Assembly: GCA_044356455.1 (NCBI GenBank)
Contig: JBIKWF010000101.1
Coordinates: forward strand, 1 to 16,834
Length of the DNA stretch: 16,834 nt
Source of the DNA: Bdellovibrionota bacterium
Lineage (GTDB): Bacteria > Bdellovibrionota_C > UBA2361 > JBGSMV01
Reading direction: 5' to 3'
A program made the position numbers and the translations under genes. Positions 5,727-14,955 of this stretch are shown here, piece by piece (the first letter of the stretch is position 1; the number at the start of each line of letters is the position of its first letter). Below the pieces are notes generated by a model. The model worked only from the letters and a program-made list of their open reading frames with translations. It ran no database searches and was not told the DNA's origin.

Positions 5727-6752
5727 ATGTTGGTTCGAATACTCTCTTTTACTGCGCTTGCCGCCTCCCTCTTGGCCCTATCTTATCTTTGGTCTGCGCC
5801 TAGCCTCGCTGACACAAAAATACCGACCGCATCACTACGCTCTTCTCCTCTTAGGGTGGGACACTTCCCCAATATCACCCATGCGCAAGCGGTTATTGGG
5901 CACGCGCTTTCTGACCGCGCGGCCAAAGATGGCAAAAGCCAGGGATGGTTTGAAAAAGAGCTAAACGCCCCCGTCGAATGGTACACCTACAATGCTGGAC
6001 CAAGCGCTATGGAGGCGCTCCTTGCCGGCTCTATTGATGTCTCCTATGTCGGGCCAAATCCTGCTCTTAATGCCTTTGTAAAGTCTCAGGGTAAGTCCCT
6101 CAAAGTCATAAGCGGCTCGGCGCTTGGCGGTTCAGCACTGGTAGTTCATAAGGGGCAAGGCATCGACAACCCCGAGAAGCTGAGGGGCAAAAAGATAGGC
6201 ACTCCACAGTTTGGCAACACTCAGGATGTGAGTGCTCGCTCTTGGTTTGTAAAAGCTGGCATGACTGTTACCCAAACAGGAGGGGACGTTTTCATTGTTC
6301 CTACTGCGAATCCTGACCAGCTCGCCCTGTTTCTTAGCAAGGATTTAGATGCAGTATGGACGGTAGAGCCATGGGTATCGCGCCTTGAGGACGAGGCCGC
6401 AGGGGAAGTGCTCGTCAATGAGTCCTCGGCCCTCACGACAGTGCTCGTCGCAAGCACCAAAGCCCTGACGGAAAAACGCTCGCAGATTGAACAGTTCGTA
6501 AAGGCTCATCGCGCTCTGACGGAGTGGATGAAGAGTCACACCCAGGAGGCTCATGAACTCCTCAATGAAGGACTTAAAGCCGAGACCTCGCGCGCTATGC
6601 CGCTTGAGCTTATCAAGAAGAGCTGGGGCCGCATTACCTTTACCTCCGCAATCAAGTCCTCTGAATTTAGTGATTTTATGATTAAGGCTCAGCAGGTAGG
6701 CTTTATGCGTGATGCCCCAGACGTCTCTAATATTGTAGAGACAATACCGTGA
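5727..6752 (+). CDS. ssuA: ABC transporter substrate-binding protein, aliphatic sulfonate/nitrate/taurine family (SsuA-like)
   Basis: Signal peptide; GHFPNITHAQA, NAGPSAMEAL, YVGPNP, TPQFGNTQDV and WTVEPW motifs. AGGA lies 7 nt before ATG 5727 (TTG 5721 is an alternative start). Substrate not proven. Confidence 0.8.
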   Translation: MLVRILSFTALAASLLALSYLWSAPSLADTKIPTASLRSSPLRVGHFPNITHAQAVIGHALSDRAAKDGKSQGWFEKELNAPVEWYTYNAGPSAMEALLAGSIDVSYVGPNPALNAFVKSQGKSLKVISGSALGGSALVVHKGQGIDNPEKLRGKKIGTPQFGNTQDVSARSWFVKAGMTVTQTGGDVFIVPTANPDQLALFLSKDLDAVWTVEPWVSRLEDEAAGEVLVNESSALTTVLVASTKALTEKRSQIEQFVKAHRALTEWMKSHTQEAHELLNEGLKAETSRAMPLELIKKSWGRITFTSAIKSSEFSDFMIKAQQVGFMRDAPDVSNIVETIP

Positions 6753-7558
6753 GAACTATCGCTCCCCGTATTGAGCTGCGCTCGGTATCGAAAGTCTTTT
6801 CCACGGCTCGTGGTCCTCTTGAGGCGCTTTCCCCAACAAGTCTTTCTGTTCATGCCGGTGAATTTTTGTGCCTTTTTGGTCCCAGCGGCTGCGGAAAAAC
6901 TACCGCTCTCAATATGATTGCAGGCCTTAGTGAGCCCACCGCAGGCCAGGTATTTATCAATGGTACGCCTGTCCGTGGCCCTGGACGCGACCGCATGATG
7001 ATGTTTCAAGAGTCGGCACTCTTTCCGTGGCGCTCAGCGCTGGGGAACGTGCTTTTTGGGCTCGAGTTCGTTCCCAACCTTGGGAAACAAGAACGCCTTC
7101 AAATCGCGCGCGAGCATTTGCAGCTTGTAGGCCTTCGTGGTTTTGAGAACCATTTTGTTCATCAGCTTTCAGGCGGCATGAAACAACGCGTGGCTCTTGC
7201 GAGAGCTCTCGCTCCGCAGCCTCACATTCTATTAATGGATGAGCCTTTTGCTGCCCTTGACGCGATGACGCGTGAGCAGCTGTACGCCGACCTTCAGAGA
7301 ATTCTTGCGGAACGTGACATGACGGTTGTGCTGGTAACTCACAATGCGCGCGAAGCGGCGTGCCTCGCGACTCACGTTGCCGTGCTCCAGCCAAGGCCAG
7401 GGAGAGTAAAAGAAATTATTGATATCCCTCTCCCCCGCCCTCGCGACATTAATGACGTAGCAGTGGCGCGAGCAGCACAAGCAATTTCGGCATCACTCCG
7501 ATCCTCTCTTCAAGAACCACAGGTAGTATGGGACGAACAGCGCTCTATCAACTCGTAA
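6749..7558 (+). CDS. ssuB: ABC transporter ATP-binding protein (SsuB/TauB/NrtD family)
   Basis: Walker A GPSGCGKTT, FQESALFPW, LSGGMKQRVALARAL, LLMDEPFAALD, VTH; GTGA overlap with the upstream stop. Confidence 0.85.
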   Translation: MRTIAPRIELRSVSKVFSTARGPLEALSPTSLSVHAGEFLCLFGPSGCGKTTALNMIAGLSEPTAGQVFINGTPVRGPGRDRMMMFQESALFPWRSALGNVLFGLEFVPNLGKQERLQIAREHLQLVGLRGFENHFVHQLSGGMKQRVALARALAPQPHILLMDEPFAALDAMTREQLYADLQRILAERDMTVVLVTHNAREAACLATHVAVLQPRPGRVKEIIDIPLPRPRDINDVAVARAAQAISASLRSSLQEPQVVWDEQRSINS

Positions 7559-8295
7559 CTTTTGGCTCCCTGCTTGGGCTGTGGGAACTTTCGGTGTACC
7601 TGGGGTGGTGCGACGCATTCTTTTTGCCCCCTCCTTCCGCTATCGGAAGCTACCTGTGGAGCGCCCTGCAAGATGGCACACTACTTCGAGCAACCGGTGT
7701 CACGTTTGCACGCCTGTTAATTGGCTTTGGCATTGGCGTAGTTCTCGGCATTCCTCTTGGAGTTGCAGTAGCATATTCGCGCTATTTTTCAGCAACGATT
7801 GGAGCTCTGGCCTCAGGCCTCCAGGCACTTCCCAGCGTATGCTGGATTCCGCTTGCTCTTCTATGGTTTGGCCAGACTGAATCGGCGGTAATCTTTGTCG
7901 TAACTATGGGTACCTTGTGGTCGATTGTCATTGCGGTAGCGGATGGTATCCGCTCAATTCCTCCACTCTTCGTGCAAGCAGCGCGAACCATGGGCGCCTC
8001 AGGAACTGCGCTTCTGTGTAAGGTGACTTTGCCGGCCTCTCTGCCGATCGTGCTCTCCGGCATGCGTCAGGGCTGGGCCTTTGCGTGGCGCTCACTTCTT
8101 GCGGCTGAAATCTTCGTTACGATTCTTTCGGGATTTGGCCTTGGGCACCTTCTCCATTACGGGCGGGAACTCCACGCCATGGACCAAGTTTTTGGCATCA
8201 TGGCCCTAATACTTGGAGTGGGATTAGCGACCGAGGCACTGCTCTTTGGGGCTCTTCAAACCCAAATTAAAAGGCGCTGGGGATTCGCTTCTTAG
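7528..8295 (+). CDS. ssuC: ABC transporter permease (SsuC/TauC family)
   Basis: LPPPSAI, LQALPSVCWIPLALLWFG, EAA-like loop QAARTMGAS, AWRSLLAAE; hydrophobic segments. Confidence 0.85.
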   Translation: MGRTALYQLVTFGSLLGLWELSVYLGWCDAFFLPPPSAIGSYLWSALQDGTLLRATGVTFARLLIGFGIGVVLGIPLGVAVAYSRYFSATIGALASGLQALPSVCWIPLALLWFGQTESAVIFVVTMGTLWSIVIAVADGIRSIPPLFVQAARTMGASGTALLCKVTLPASLPIVLSGMRQGWAFAWRSLLAAEIFVTILSGFGLGHLLHYGRELHAMDQVFGIMALILGVGLATEALLFGALQTQIKRRWGFAS

Positions 8296-8324
8296 CCCCT
8301 CGTAAGGAACGTGCCCGCGCAAAA

Positions 8325-9554
8325 CTACTTCATGCGAATGTCACTAAGGAATTTCTTCGCAGTCTGGTCGAGAGCAGCTGCCTGCTGCGCCAGGCTGCCT
8401 GAACCAGAGAGTACCTGCTCAGATCCCTGACTCGTTGCCTGTGCCGCTACAGAAAGTGCTGCGATGGTATCCTGCACACGCTCCGTCGCATGTGCGGCCT
8501 CGGTAATATTTCGGCTAATTTCCGCAGTCGCGCCGCGCTGCTCGTTGACGGAGCAGGAAATCGCCTCAGAACTTTTACTCATGCGCTGAATTGTTTCGCC
8601 GATGTTGCCGATTGCGCCAGCAACGTTACCTGTCGTCTCCTGAATCTCCCGAATTTCTGCATTCACCTCTTCGGTCGCTTTGGCCGTTTGCTGAGCTAAA
8701 TCCTTGACCTCTCCCGCAACAACAGCAAAACCTTTACCCGCCTCACCGGCTCTCGCCGCTTCTATGGTCGCATTCAGGGCGAGCAAATTGGTCTTTTTTG
8801 CAATTTGAGAAATAAGGCGGACTACTCCATCAATCCGCTGCGAGGCTTCGAGTAACTTATTTACCGTCGTCGTCGCAGCCTTTCCTTCGGCCACCGCAGA
8901 GGCTGCAATGTGGGTAGACTCGTCCACCTGACGCCCAATTTCACCAATCGAGCTTGTCAGCTGCTCAGTCGCGGCCGCCACTCCCCTCACGTTACTTGCC
9001 GTGCTTTCCGACTCTCTGACGACGACCTCCACTCGCTCAAGAGCTTCACTCGCATGCGCACTCATACTTTGCGCCGTGGCTTTCATCTCTAAAGAGGAAC
9101 TTACGACGCCCTCTACCACTCCCTGCAGAGTTCCTTCGAACTCCTCGGCAAGCCCGAGCCGCATTTCTTCGGCTTGCTGCAGAGAGTGCGCCTGAGCCGC
9201 CATATCATCCTCTGCCGCATTTATCAGAATAGCAGCATTTCGAAACGCCCCAGGCATGCCCCGAAGCACCACGCGCCGGTAGAACTCCCCGCGACTCGCA
9301 CTCGCGAGCGCCGCCCCTGCCTCGCGCACAAAGCCGTCTACGACATCGAGGGTTCGGTTAATGAGAATACTGAGCTGCTCAAGTTCTGGACCAAAATGGG
9401 CGTGGCCCGTGAGCCGAGCTTCAAAGTCTCCCTTGCTCGCCGCATCAAGCACGCGCGTAGCTTCACGAATCCAAGTCGCATCAAGAGATTCTTCCCGAAC
9501 CGAAGGTGAAAATCCTTCTGATCCCGAGGGCAACTCATGCAGAGTCGTTTCCAT
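8325..9554 (-). CDS. Soluble methyl-accepting chemotaxis protein with N-terminal HAMP-like repeats
   Basis: [37 protein letters not shown] signalling tip. [10 protein letters not shown] and [10 protein letters not shown] resemble HAMP domains; no transmembrane segment. AGGAG RBS upstream. Confidence 0.93.
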   Translation of the reverse strand: METTLHELPSGSEGFSPSVREESLDATWIREATRVLDAASKGDFEARLTGHAHFGPELEQLSILINRTLDVVDGFVREAGAALASASRGEFYRRVVLRGMPGAFRNAAILINAAEDDMAAQAHSLQQAEEMRLGLAEEFEGTLQGVVEGVVSSSLEMKATAQSMSAHASEALERVEVVVRESESTASNVRGVAAATEQLTSSIGEIGRQVDESTHIAASAVAEGKAATTTVNKLLEASQRIDGVVRLISQIAKKTNLLALNATIEAARAGEAGKGFAVVAGEVKDLAQQTAKATEEVNAEIREIQETTGNVAGAIGNIGETIQRMSKSSEAISCSVNEQRGATAEISRNITEAAHATERVQDTIAALSVAAQATSQGSEQVLSGSGSLAQQAAALDQTAKKFLSDIRMK

Positions 9555-9563
9555 GGATAGCTC

Positions 9564-10088
9564 CTACTGTGAAAGTGAAAAGACGAATTCTGGGTAACTC
9601 ACCTTATTCTCCGCGAGCGTCTGAAGCAGCGCTGAGGTGGAAGCCGCAATTCCTTGTTGCTTCTCGCGATGCTTCTCTTCTTCGCGCTTAAGAGCCTGAT
9701 AGAGCGGAATCATCGCCTTTACGGCATCCCTGTCAGGGCAGCGGCGACTTGAATGATATCCCACCACTTTCCCCTCGTGATCGAAGGAAGGAGTCACATG
9801 CGCGAAAACCCAATAGTGGTCTCCATTTCGCGCCATATTGACGACATAGGCAAAAATTTCGCGCTTTGCCTGCAGCGTGTCCCAAAGCAGTTTGAACACA
9901 CAGCGCGGCATATCAGGATGGCGAATGAGACTGTGCGGCTGGCCAAGCAGCTCTTCTTCTGAGTACCCCGCTACTCTGCAAAACACATCATTGGCGTAGG
10001 TGATACGTCCAAAAAGATCTGTTTTGCTGACGATGATTTCTTCTTCCCCAAAGGTACGCTCAACGCCCGTGGGAGTAGTTCTTGCCAT
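9564..10088 (-). CDS. Stand-alone Aer-type (FAD-binding) PAS domain protein, CetB-like
   Basis: IVSKTD..GRITYAN..F...GYSEEELLGQPHSLIRHPDMP...F..LW..L...VVN....GDHYWV is the Aer PAS signature; AGGAG RBS. Confidence 0.9.
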   Translation of the reverse strand: MARTTPTGVERTFGEEEIIVSKTDLFGRITYANDVFCRVAGYSEEELLGQPHSLIRHPDMPRCVFKLLWDTLQAKREIFAYVVNMARNGDHYWVFAHVTPSFDHEGKVVGYHSSRRCPDRDAVKAMIPLYQALKREEEKHREKQQGIAASTSALLQTLAENKVSYPEFVFSLSQ

Positions 10089-10126
10089 GACACACTCCTG
10101 TAGAGGGGCACTTGCCCTCTAAGAAT

Positions 10127-10154
10127 TCGTCGGCCTCCGTTAAAGAAATATTTA
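10127..10154 (-). promoter_or_regulatory. Possible sigma28 (FliA) promoter for the PAS-MCP pair
   Basis: Minus strand TAAA-N16-GCCGACGA versus consensus TAAA-N15-GCCGATAA. A hairpin TAGAGGG/CCCTCTA (10101-10121) would lie at the transcript 5' end. Confidence 0.4.
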
Positions 10155-10306
10155 CGCAATAATTGCAGATACCTGAGGTCAAAACTCAAGAATGAAGTGC
10201 CAATAATTAAAGGCACCTAAATTGGGTGAGGAGCTCTCTCGGTTACGGTATCCAGCGCGCACGAAAGTTCACAGTGCTGAGTCTTTAGAATCCACCCAAG
10301 AAGTAA

Positions 10307-11284
10307 CTACCCAGCCTTGGCTTTTTTTACCGCCTCCGCGAGCTGAGGGGCCAGCACAAAAAGGTCCCCTACAAGCCCATAATCGGCCACTTCAAAGATG
10401 GGCGCTTCAGCATCTTTGTTGATAGCAACGATCACTTTCGAGTCTTTCATGCCGGCAAGATGCTGAATTGCACCTGAGATACCGACTGCCACATAGAGTT
10501 GGGGGGCCACCACCTTGCCCGTTTGTCCTACTTGCCAATCATTTGGCGCATAGCCCGAATCAACCGCGGCACGCGAAGCGCCTACCGCGGCTCCAAAGGC
10601 GTCGGCGAGTGGGAAAATAACTTTCTGGAAGTTTTCGGCGGACGCAAGGGCCCGTCCTCCACTCACTACCACGGAAGCGTCCCCAAGCTCCGGTCTATCA
10701 CTCGCGGATAGCTCATAGCCCACAACCTCCCCTGAAATATCTGCCGAGAAAGAAGCTGCTGCAATCTGCGCGACGGTTCCTTGACCTGACGTTTTTTCAG
10801 CCGCGGGAAACGCCGTGCCGCGCACGGTGATACAACGCACAGCGCCTTGCAGCTCTACGTCTGCAAGCACATTCCCCGCAAAAAGAGGCCGCTTAAGAGA
10901 GCCGTCGGCATTCACCGCCAGAATCTCAGACGCCTGCGCCGCATCAAGCGCTACTGCGATGCGGGGCATGACATCTTTTCCAAGACTGGTTGCCGCACTC
11001 ACTATGACGGAACTTCCAAGCTGCGCTGCCGCCGCGACGACGTAAGCCGCAAAAGGAACCGCGCGATATTTCTCAAGCGCAGCGTCTTCACTCCACAAAA
11101 TGTTCCCAAAGCCATATTCCTTGGCCTCTTCGGCAGCCTTTGCCGCCCCAGGTCCAAGACAAATGGCGTTAAGTCCGGAAAGTCCCCAGGCAGACTGCAC
11201 CCCGCGCGCCGCTGACACGGCGACTAGACTCGACTTAAGAATCTTTCCATCCTGATTCTGAAGAATCACCAAACCTGAACTCAT
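10307..11284 (-). CDS. etfA: Electron transfer flavoprotein alpha subunit
   Basis: VSGGR, GASRAAVD, QVGQTGKVVAP, GISGAIQHLAGM and AINKDAEAPIF FAD-binding motifs. Confidence 0.97.
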   Translation of the reverse strand: MSSGLVILQNQDGKILKSSLVAVSAARGVQSAWGLSGLNAICLGPGAAKAAEEAKEYGFGNILWSEDAALEKYRAVPFAAYVVAAAAQLGSSVIVSAATSLGKDVMPRIAVALDAAQASEILAVNADGSLKRPLFAGNVLADVELQGAVRCITVRGTAFPAAEKTSGQGTVAQIAAASFSADISGEVVGYELSASDRPELGDASVVVSGGRALASAENFQKVIFPLADAFGAAVGASRAAVDSGYAPNDWQVGQTGKVVAPQLYVAVGISGAIQHLAGMKDSKVIVAINKDAEAPIFEVADYGLVGDLFVLAPQLAEAVKKAKAG

Positions 11285-11296
11285 GCCTAAAGCTCC

Positions 11297-12046
11297 TTAA
11301 ATAACTTTCGCTTCCTGCTGCAGCGCCGCAACCAGCGCTTCAACGCTCTCTACTTTTCGTCCCCCTTGGCGTCCCGCAGGCGTTGACATCTTCTTAATTA
11401 GAACTCGCGGAGCAGCCTCAAGTCCAAGCGCACTAAGAGTGAGCTCTTCAAGTGGCTTCTTTTTCGCTTTCATGATTCCTGGCAGAGGAGCATAGCGCGG
11501 CTCGTTAAGCCTTAAATCGGTAGACACAATACAAGGCAGCGCGACCTTGATGGTTTCAAGACCCCCATCTACTTCGCGCGTCACCGTAGCGTAAGGCGGA
11601 TCAAGTACAAGCTTGGAAGCAAAACATGCTTGCGGCATACCAAGGCGCGTCGCCATGAGCTGAGCAGTTTGGCCAGCGTCCGAATCGATGGCCTGCTTAC
11701 CCATAACAACAAGACCAAACTCCTCACGCTTATAAAGCGCAGCAAGAATCCGCGAAGCCATATCGGAATCGACATAGGAGTCGCACTGAACAAGCACGCC
11801 CCTGTCGGCGCCCATGGCCATCGTGTACCTGAGCTGAGTAGCCGCATCCGAAGGACCAATGGTGGCAACTACTACTTCAGTCGCTTTACCCGCTTCCTTA
11901 AGGCGCAGCGCCTCCTCGACGGCAATCTCATCGAAGGGATTCACTATCCACTTAATGCCATCTGTCTCAATTCCTGAGCCATCCGCCTTAACCCGAATCT
12001 TAGCTTGATAGTCAGGCACTCTCTTAATAGGAACGAAAATTTTCAT
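11297..12046 (-). CDS. etfB: Electron transfer flavoprotein beta subunit
   Basis: KRVPDY, NPFDEIAVEEALRLKE, AMGAD, GKQAIDSD, REVDGG, LNEPRY and IMKAKKK; canonical group I-like. Confidence 0.97.
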   Translation of the reverse strand: MKIFVPIKRVPDYQAKIRVKADGSGIETDGIKWIVNPFDEIAVEEALRLKEAGKATEVVVATIGPSDAATQLRYTMAMGADRGVLVQCDSYVDSDMASRILAALYKREEFGLVVMGKQAIDSDAGQTAQLMATRLGMPQACFASKLVLDPPYATVTREVDGGLETIKVALPCIVSTDLRLNEPRYAPLPGIMKAKKKPLEELTLSALGLEAAPRVLIKKMSTPAGRQGGRKVESVEALVAALQQEAKVI

Positions 12047-12322
12047 GCCCTAACCTTACTGGTTCCAAATTTAGGCGCAATCATAAGAGAGCAAGAGTCG
12101 GTAATAGTTCGAAATGGTCGGAAATGGCTGCAACCATCTGAAAATACGTCATTTTTGTTGAGTGCCCCCTTGAGGAGCGATACCCTTGGCGCGGTAAAAA
12201 ATTTGCTGCTCTGCAGGAAACTTTTCCGCGCAGATTCCGAAGATCAGCGGGCTAAAACCAGGCTCTGCTTTCACCCGCAGCTTGATTTCTTAACCGACTT
12301 GCAACTCTTAAAAAGGCTCTTC

Positions 12323-14908
12323 ATGTCGAAGCGCAAGAAATGTACAAAGTCACCTCTTGAAAGGGCCCCCCTCGAGAGCCTGTCACTCCCTGCCTCGGCA
12401 GAATGTTCTCACTCCCGGCAAGCGCGTCGTAGCAATCTACGCAGCGGTTTCTCACTACTAGAATTCGCCATGGGGCTTCCCGTGCTGCTGTTTACCGTGC
12501 TTGCAACTCTCGATGTCACGGCAGTTCTTCAAGCGAGAAGCGCTCTACAACAAGCGACCACCACATCTCTCCGCTGCGTCTATCCCGTAGACGGAAGCTG
12601 CGCCGCTACGAGCTCCGACCGACGCGACCAGCTTTTTGATTATTTTGAAATTCCCGCGAGCGGGGACGACCAGTACGTGTATAGGCGCGTAGATTTCTCA
12701 GGGACCGCAAGCTTCTTCATGGCGCCTAAACGCGAACTCGCTGATTTTAACGCGAGGCTGCTTGATAATGTGCACTTTGATATTCCTCAAGCTACCTACC
12801 ATGTAAGCGGCTCAGTCACTGGCTATGAAGTGACCCAGAATTCTCGTGAGCTTAGCCTTATCGCCACTACCCCCTTTCTCGATGGCGATTCTCTTCGCAG
12901 TCCCTCGTTTCGCCGCTCCTCTTCCGGTGGGAGCTTCCCGGCAGCTCGCACAGGGGGATCCCAGGCGCCCTCTAATCTTGAAGATTATGAATCTTACCTC
13001 CAACTTTCGGCACATGACCGCAGCGTAGGACTGGGAAGCAACGAGGTAAGCCCGGGCCCATGGACCACGGCCTATTCCTTTTCCGTGGTGCAACCCGCAG
13101 CTCCGGAAAACTGCGTCGGCTCAGGATGTGCCCAGCTCACGAACTCTGAGACTCGAATCTCCTTTCATTTGGAAGGCTCAGGAAGCTCCAGTATCTCCGG
13201 TGGATGCGGGAAAGTTGAACTGCGACTTGTAAATGCCAGCGGAAATTCTCACGATCTTGGAGGCCAAGCGTTTGAAATTCTCACCCCAAGCGGTGCGGGA
13301 GCTTCGGCAGATTTAAACTTCTATCCCCGGGGCATCCCAGAAACAAGAGCCAAGGACGAGTGGTCCGATGTTAAAGAATTAATAGATCACGGCGAAGTCA
13401 CCGTTTCTTACCGCCACACCTATCGTCTTCAAATTCGCATGACAAGAAATTCAGGTGAACACTGTGACGCGGGAGCCGCGCTCTCTTGGTCCGCCTCTGA
13501 CGTAACCTTTTTCCTCCCTTTGCTCGAGGAAACGGTGAAGACCAACACCTGCGACACTATAGCAGTAGGTGGAGTGCTTGAAGAGGGTGCTGTCTGTAAA
13601 AAGAACAGCGCCGCTATTTCCGGCCTTATTGGCCAGCCCCAAGTAAACCTCGCACGCCCCATCTCTAAATCAATCTCAAGAGAAATCGCGAACGCCTATT
13701 CAGAAATTGATGCCTGGGACCGCGCTCTACAGGAAGAGTTCTCTGTGGAGCTAGCTCCTTCCCTTGTTGTTTCTCTTCCTCGCACGGTAACCTTGCTTCA
13801 TCCAGATGAGACCGCGACCTTCTCGCTGGCATGCCCCGCAAACCATGGCGTTTCAGAAGAGCCACGTGTAGATGCCTCTCAGACACCAGCCTCCGCAATT
13901 CGGAACTCAGCCCAGGCACTTACCGATTGTCCTCCCGCACTGGCATCACATCCTGCGCTCGCGCGCCCTGCCGCCCTCGGTGTTCAAGCGCAGAACCCAC
14001 GCTGGAGTGAGCGCTCACAGGCACTGGGCCACCCTCCCTTCGCCTGGACAAAATGGAACTGCAGTAGTACCGCGCCTGGCTATGCGAACCTTCCTCAAGA
14101 GCTACAGGCCTACCCCCAAGCAAAACTTACCTGGGTCGACCGAGCGTCAAGCAGCGTGCCAAACTTTGAGATTGTCCCAACCGGTAGAGAACTTGAGGGC
14201 AATCCCACCGAAGACCCAAACGATCCAGAGACCATTAAGGCGACTAACCCGCTCTACCAATGTGACGAGATCTCTATCGGGCGCTTTGTATACAACGACT
14301 CAAATAGAGCCCTCGACAGGAGCTCTCTCTTTGTTGGCATTCGCGACAATGTTGATGCCTGCTCTACCGGCCAGATTCTAAGAGCCGCCGCAGAAAACTC
14401 TCAAATCCCCGAAGCGCAAAGACTCCTTGCCAACATGTTTTTCAGGCCGGGAGCCGTTGTTGAAAAGGACCGCATTGAAACTTCAACTCCCCCTCAAGAC
14501 ACCTGCGTAGCCTATAGGCTGCGTGAAGGCGAGTCTCAGGGCATGGGGTCTAAAGTTCCAGGTGGACCCTTTGCGGAGGGAGTAGTTCCTCTCGCTTGTC
14601 AGGGTGATAACGCTCACTGCAGGCGAGTGTTCGCGCACTTTGGCGGCGGGCAAGCCGGCGAAACCAAAGTGCTCTCCGCCAGGGCTGAGCAGCTTGGTGA
14701 AAATGAGCTCTTTGCTGCCGCTCCTTGGACTGCGCGCACGTGCGGCGAAGCAACATGCGGCCAAGTGACCGTCGAAGAAAATATACCAAGTCCCGGAATG
14801 ATTACCTCAACCGCAAGCACAAAACTGCGTCTCACGACGCTCCTTGGGAAGGAAATCACTCTTAGCCACTCACACCGCGAGAGGCTTGAGGTTCAGCTGG
14901 CGCGTTAG
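12323..14908 (+). CDS. Very large TadE-like (type IVc) pilin/pseudopilin family protein, about 861 aa
   Basis: AAAAGG before ATG 12323. Prepilin site RSG|FSLLEFAMGLPVLLFTVLATLD (G at 12446-12448, E+5 at 12461) followed by L..A....LRC as in TadE. The ORF-track start at 12005 overlaps etfB and is unlikely. Confidence 0.7.
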   Translation: MSKRKKCTKSPLERAPLESLSLPASAECSHSRQARRSNLRSGFSLLEFAMGLPVLLFTVLATLDVTAVLQARSALQQATTTSLRCVYPVDGSCAATSSDRRDQLFDYFEIPASGDDQYVYRRVDFSGTASFFMAPKRELADFNARLLDNVHFDIPQATYHVSGSVTGYEVTQNSRELSLIATTPFLDGDSLRSPSFRRSSSGGSFPAARTGGSQAPSNLEDYESYLQLSAHDRSVGLGSNEVSPGPWTTAYSFSVVQPAAPENCVGSGCAQLTNSETRISFHLEGSGSSSISGGCGKVELRLVNASGNSHDLGGQAFEILTPSGAGASADLNFYPRGIPETRAKDEWSDVKELIDHGEVTVSYRHTYRLQIRMTRNSGEHCDAGAALSWSASDVTFFLPLLEETVKTNTCDTIAVGGVLEEGAVCKKNSAAISGLIGQPQVNLARPISKSISREIANAYSEIDAWDRALQEEFSVELAPSLVVSLPRTVTLLHPDETATFSLACPANHGVSEEPRVDASQTPASAIRNSAQALTDCPPALASHPALARPAALGVQAQNPRWSERSQALGHPPFAWTKWNCSSTAPGYANLPQELQAYPQAKLTWVDRASSSVPNFEIVPTGRELEGNPTEDPNDPETIKATNPLYQCDEISIGRFVYNDSNRALDRSSLFVGIRDNVDACSTGQILRAAAENSQIPEAQRLLANMFFRPGAVVEKDRIETSTPPQDTCVAYRLREGESQGMGSKVPGGPFAEGVVPLACQGDNAHCRRVFAHFGGGQAGETKVLSARAEQLGENELFAAAPWTARTCGEATCGQVTVEENIPSPGMITSTASTKLRLTTLLGKEITLSHSHRERLEVQLAR

Positions 14909-14955
14909 GCCTCCTCCTTCTTAGAGTCCCATAGGTAGGGCACCAGAATGTTTTC

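Noticed and set aside
5597..5803. ORF MNNAEDAEYAEG...
   Set aside because: Artefact of the 9-nt repeat read in frame; overlaps the ssuA-like gene.
9555..9563. Frameshift or premature stop splitting a single aer gene
   Set aside because: The MCP has its own AGGAG RBS and ATG, the PAS protein has a coherent C-terminal tail, and split PAS/MCP pairs are a known arrangement.
12187..12206. sigma54 promoter upstream of the TadE-like gene (TGGCGCG...TTGC)
   Set aside because: Spacing between GG and GC is 5 nt too long.
12005..12322. N-terminal extension of the TadE-like ORF
   Set aside because: Overlaps the etfB start on the opposite strand and covers the divergent promoter region; ATG 12323 has an RBS and is closer to the prepilin site.
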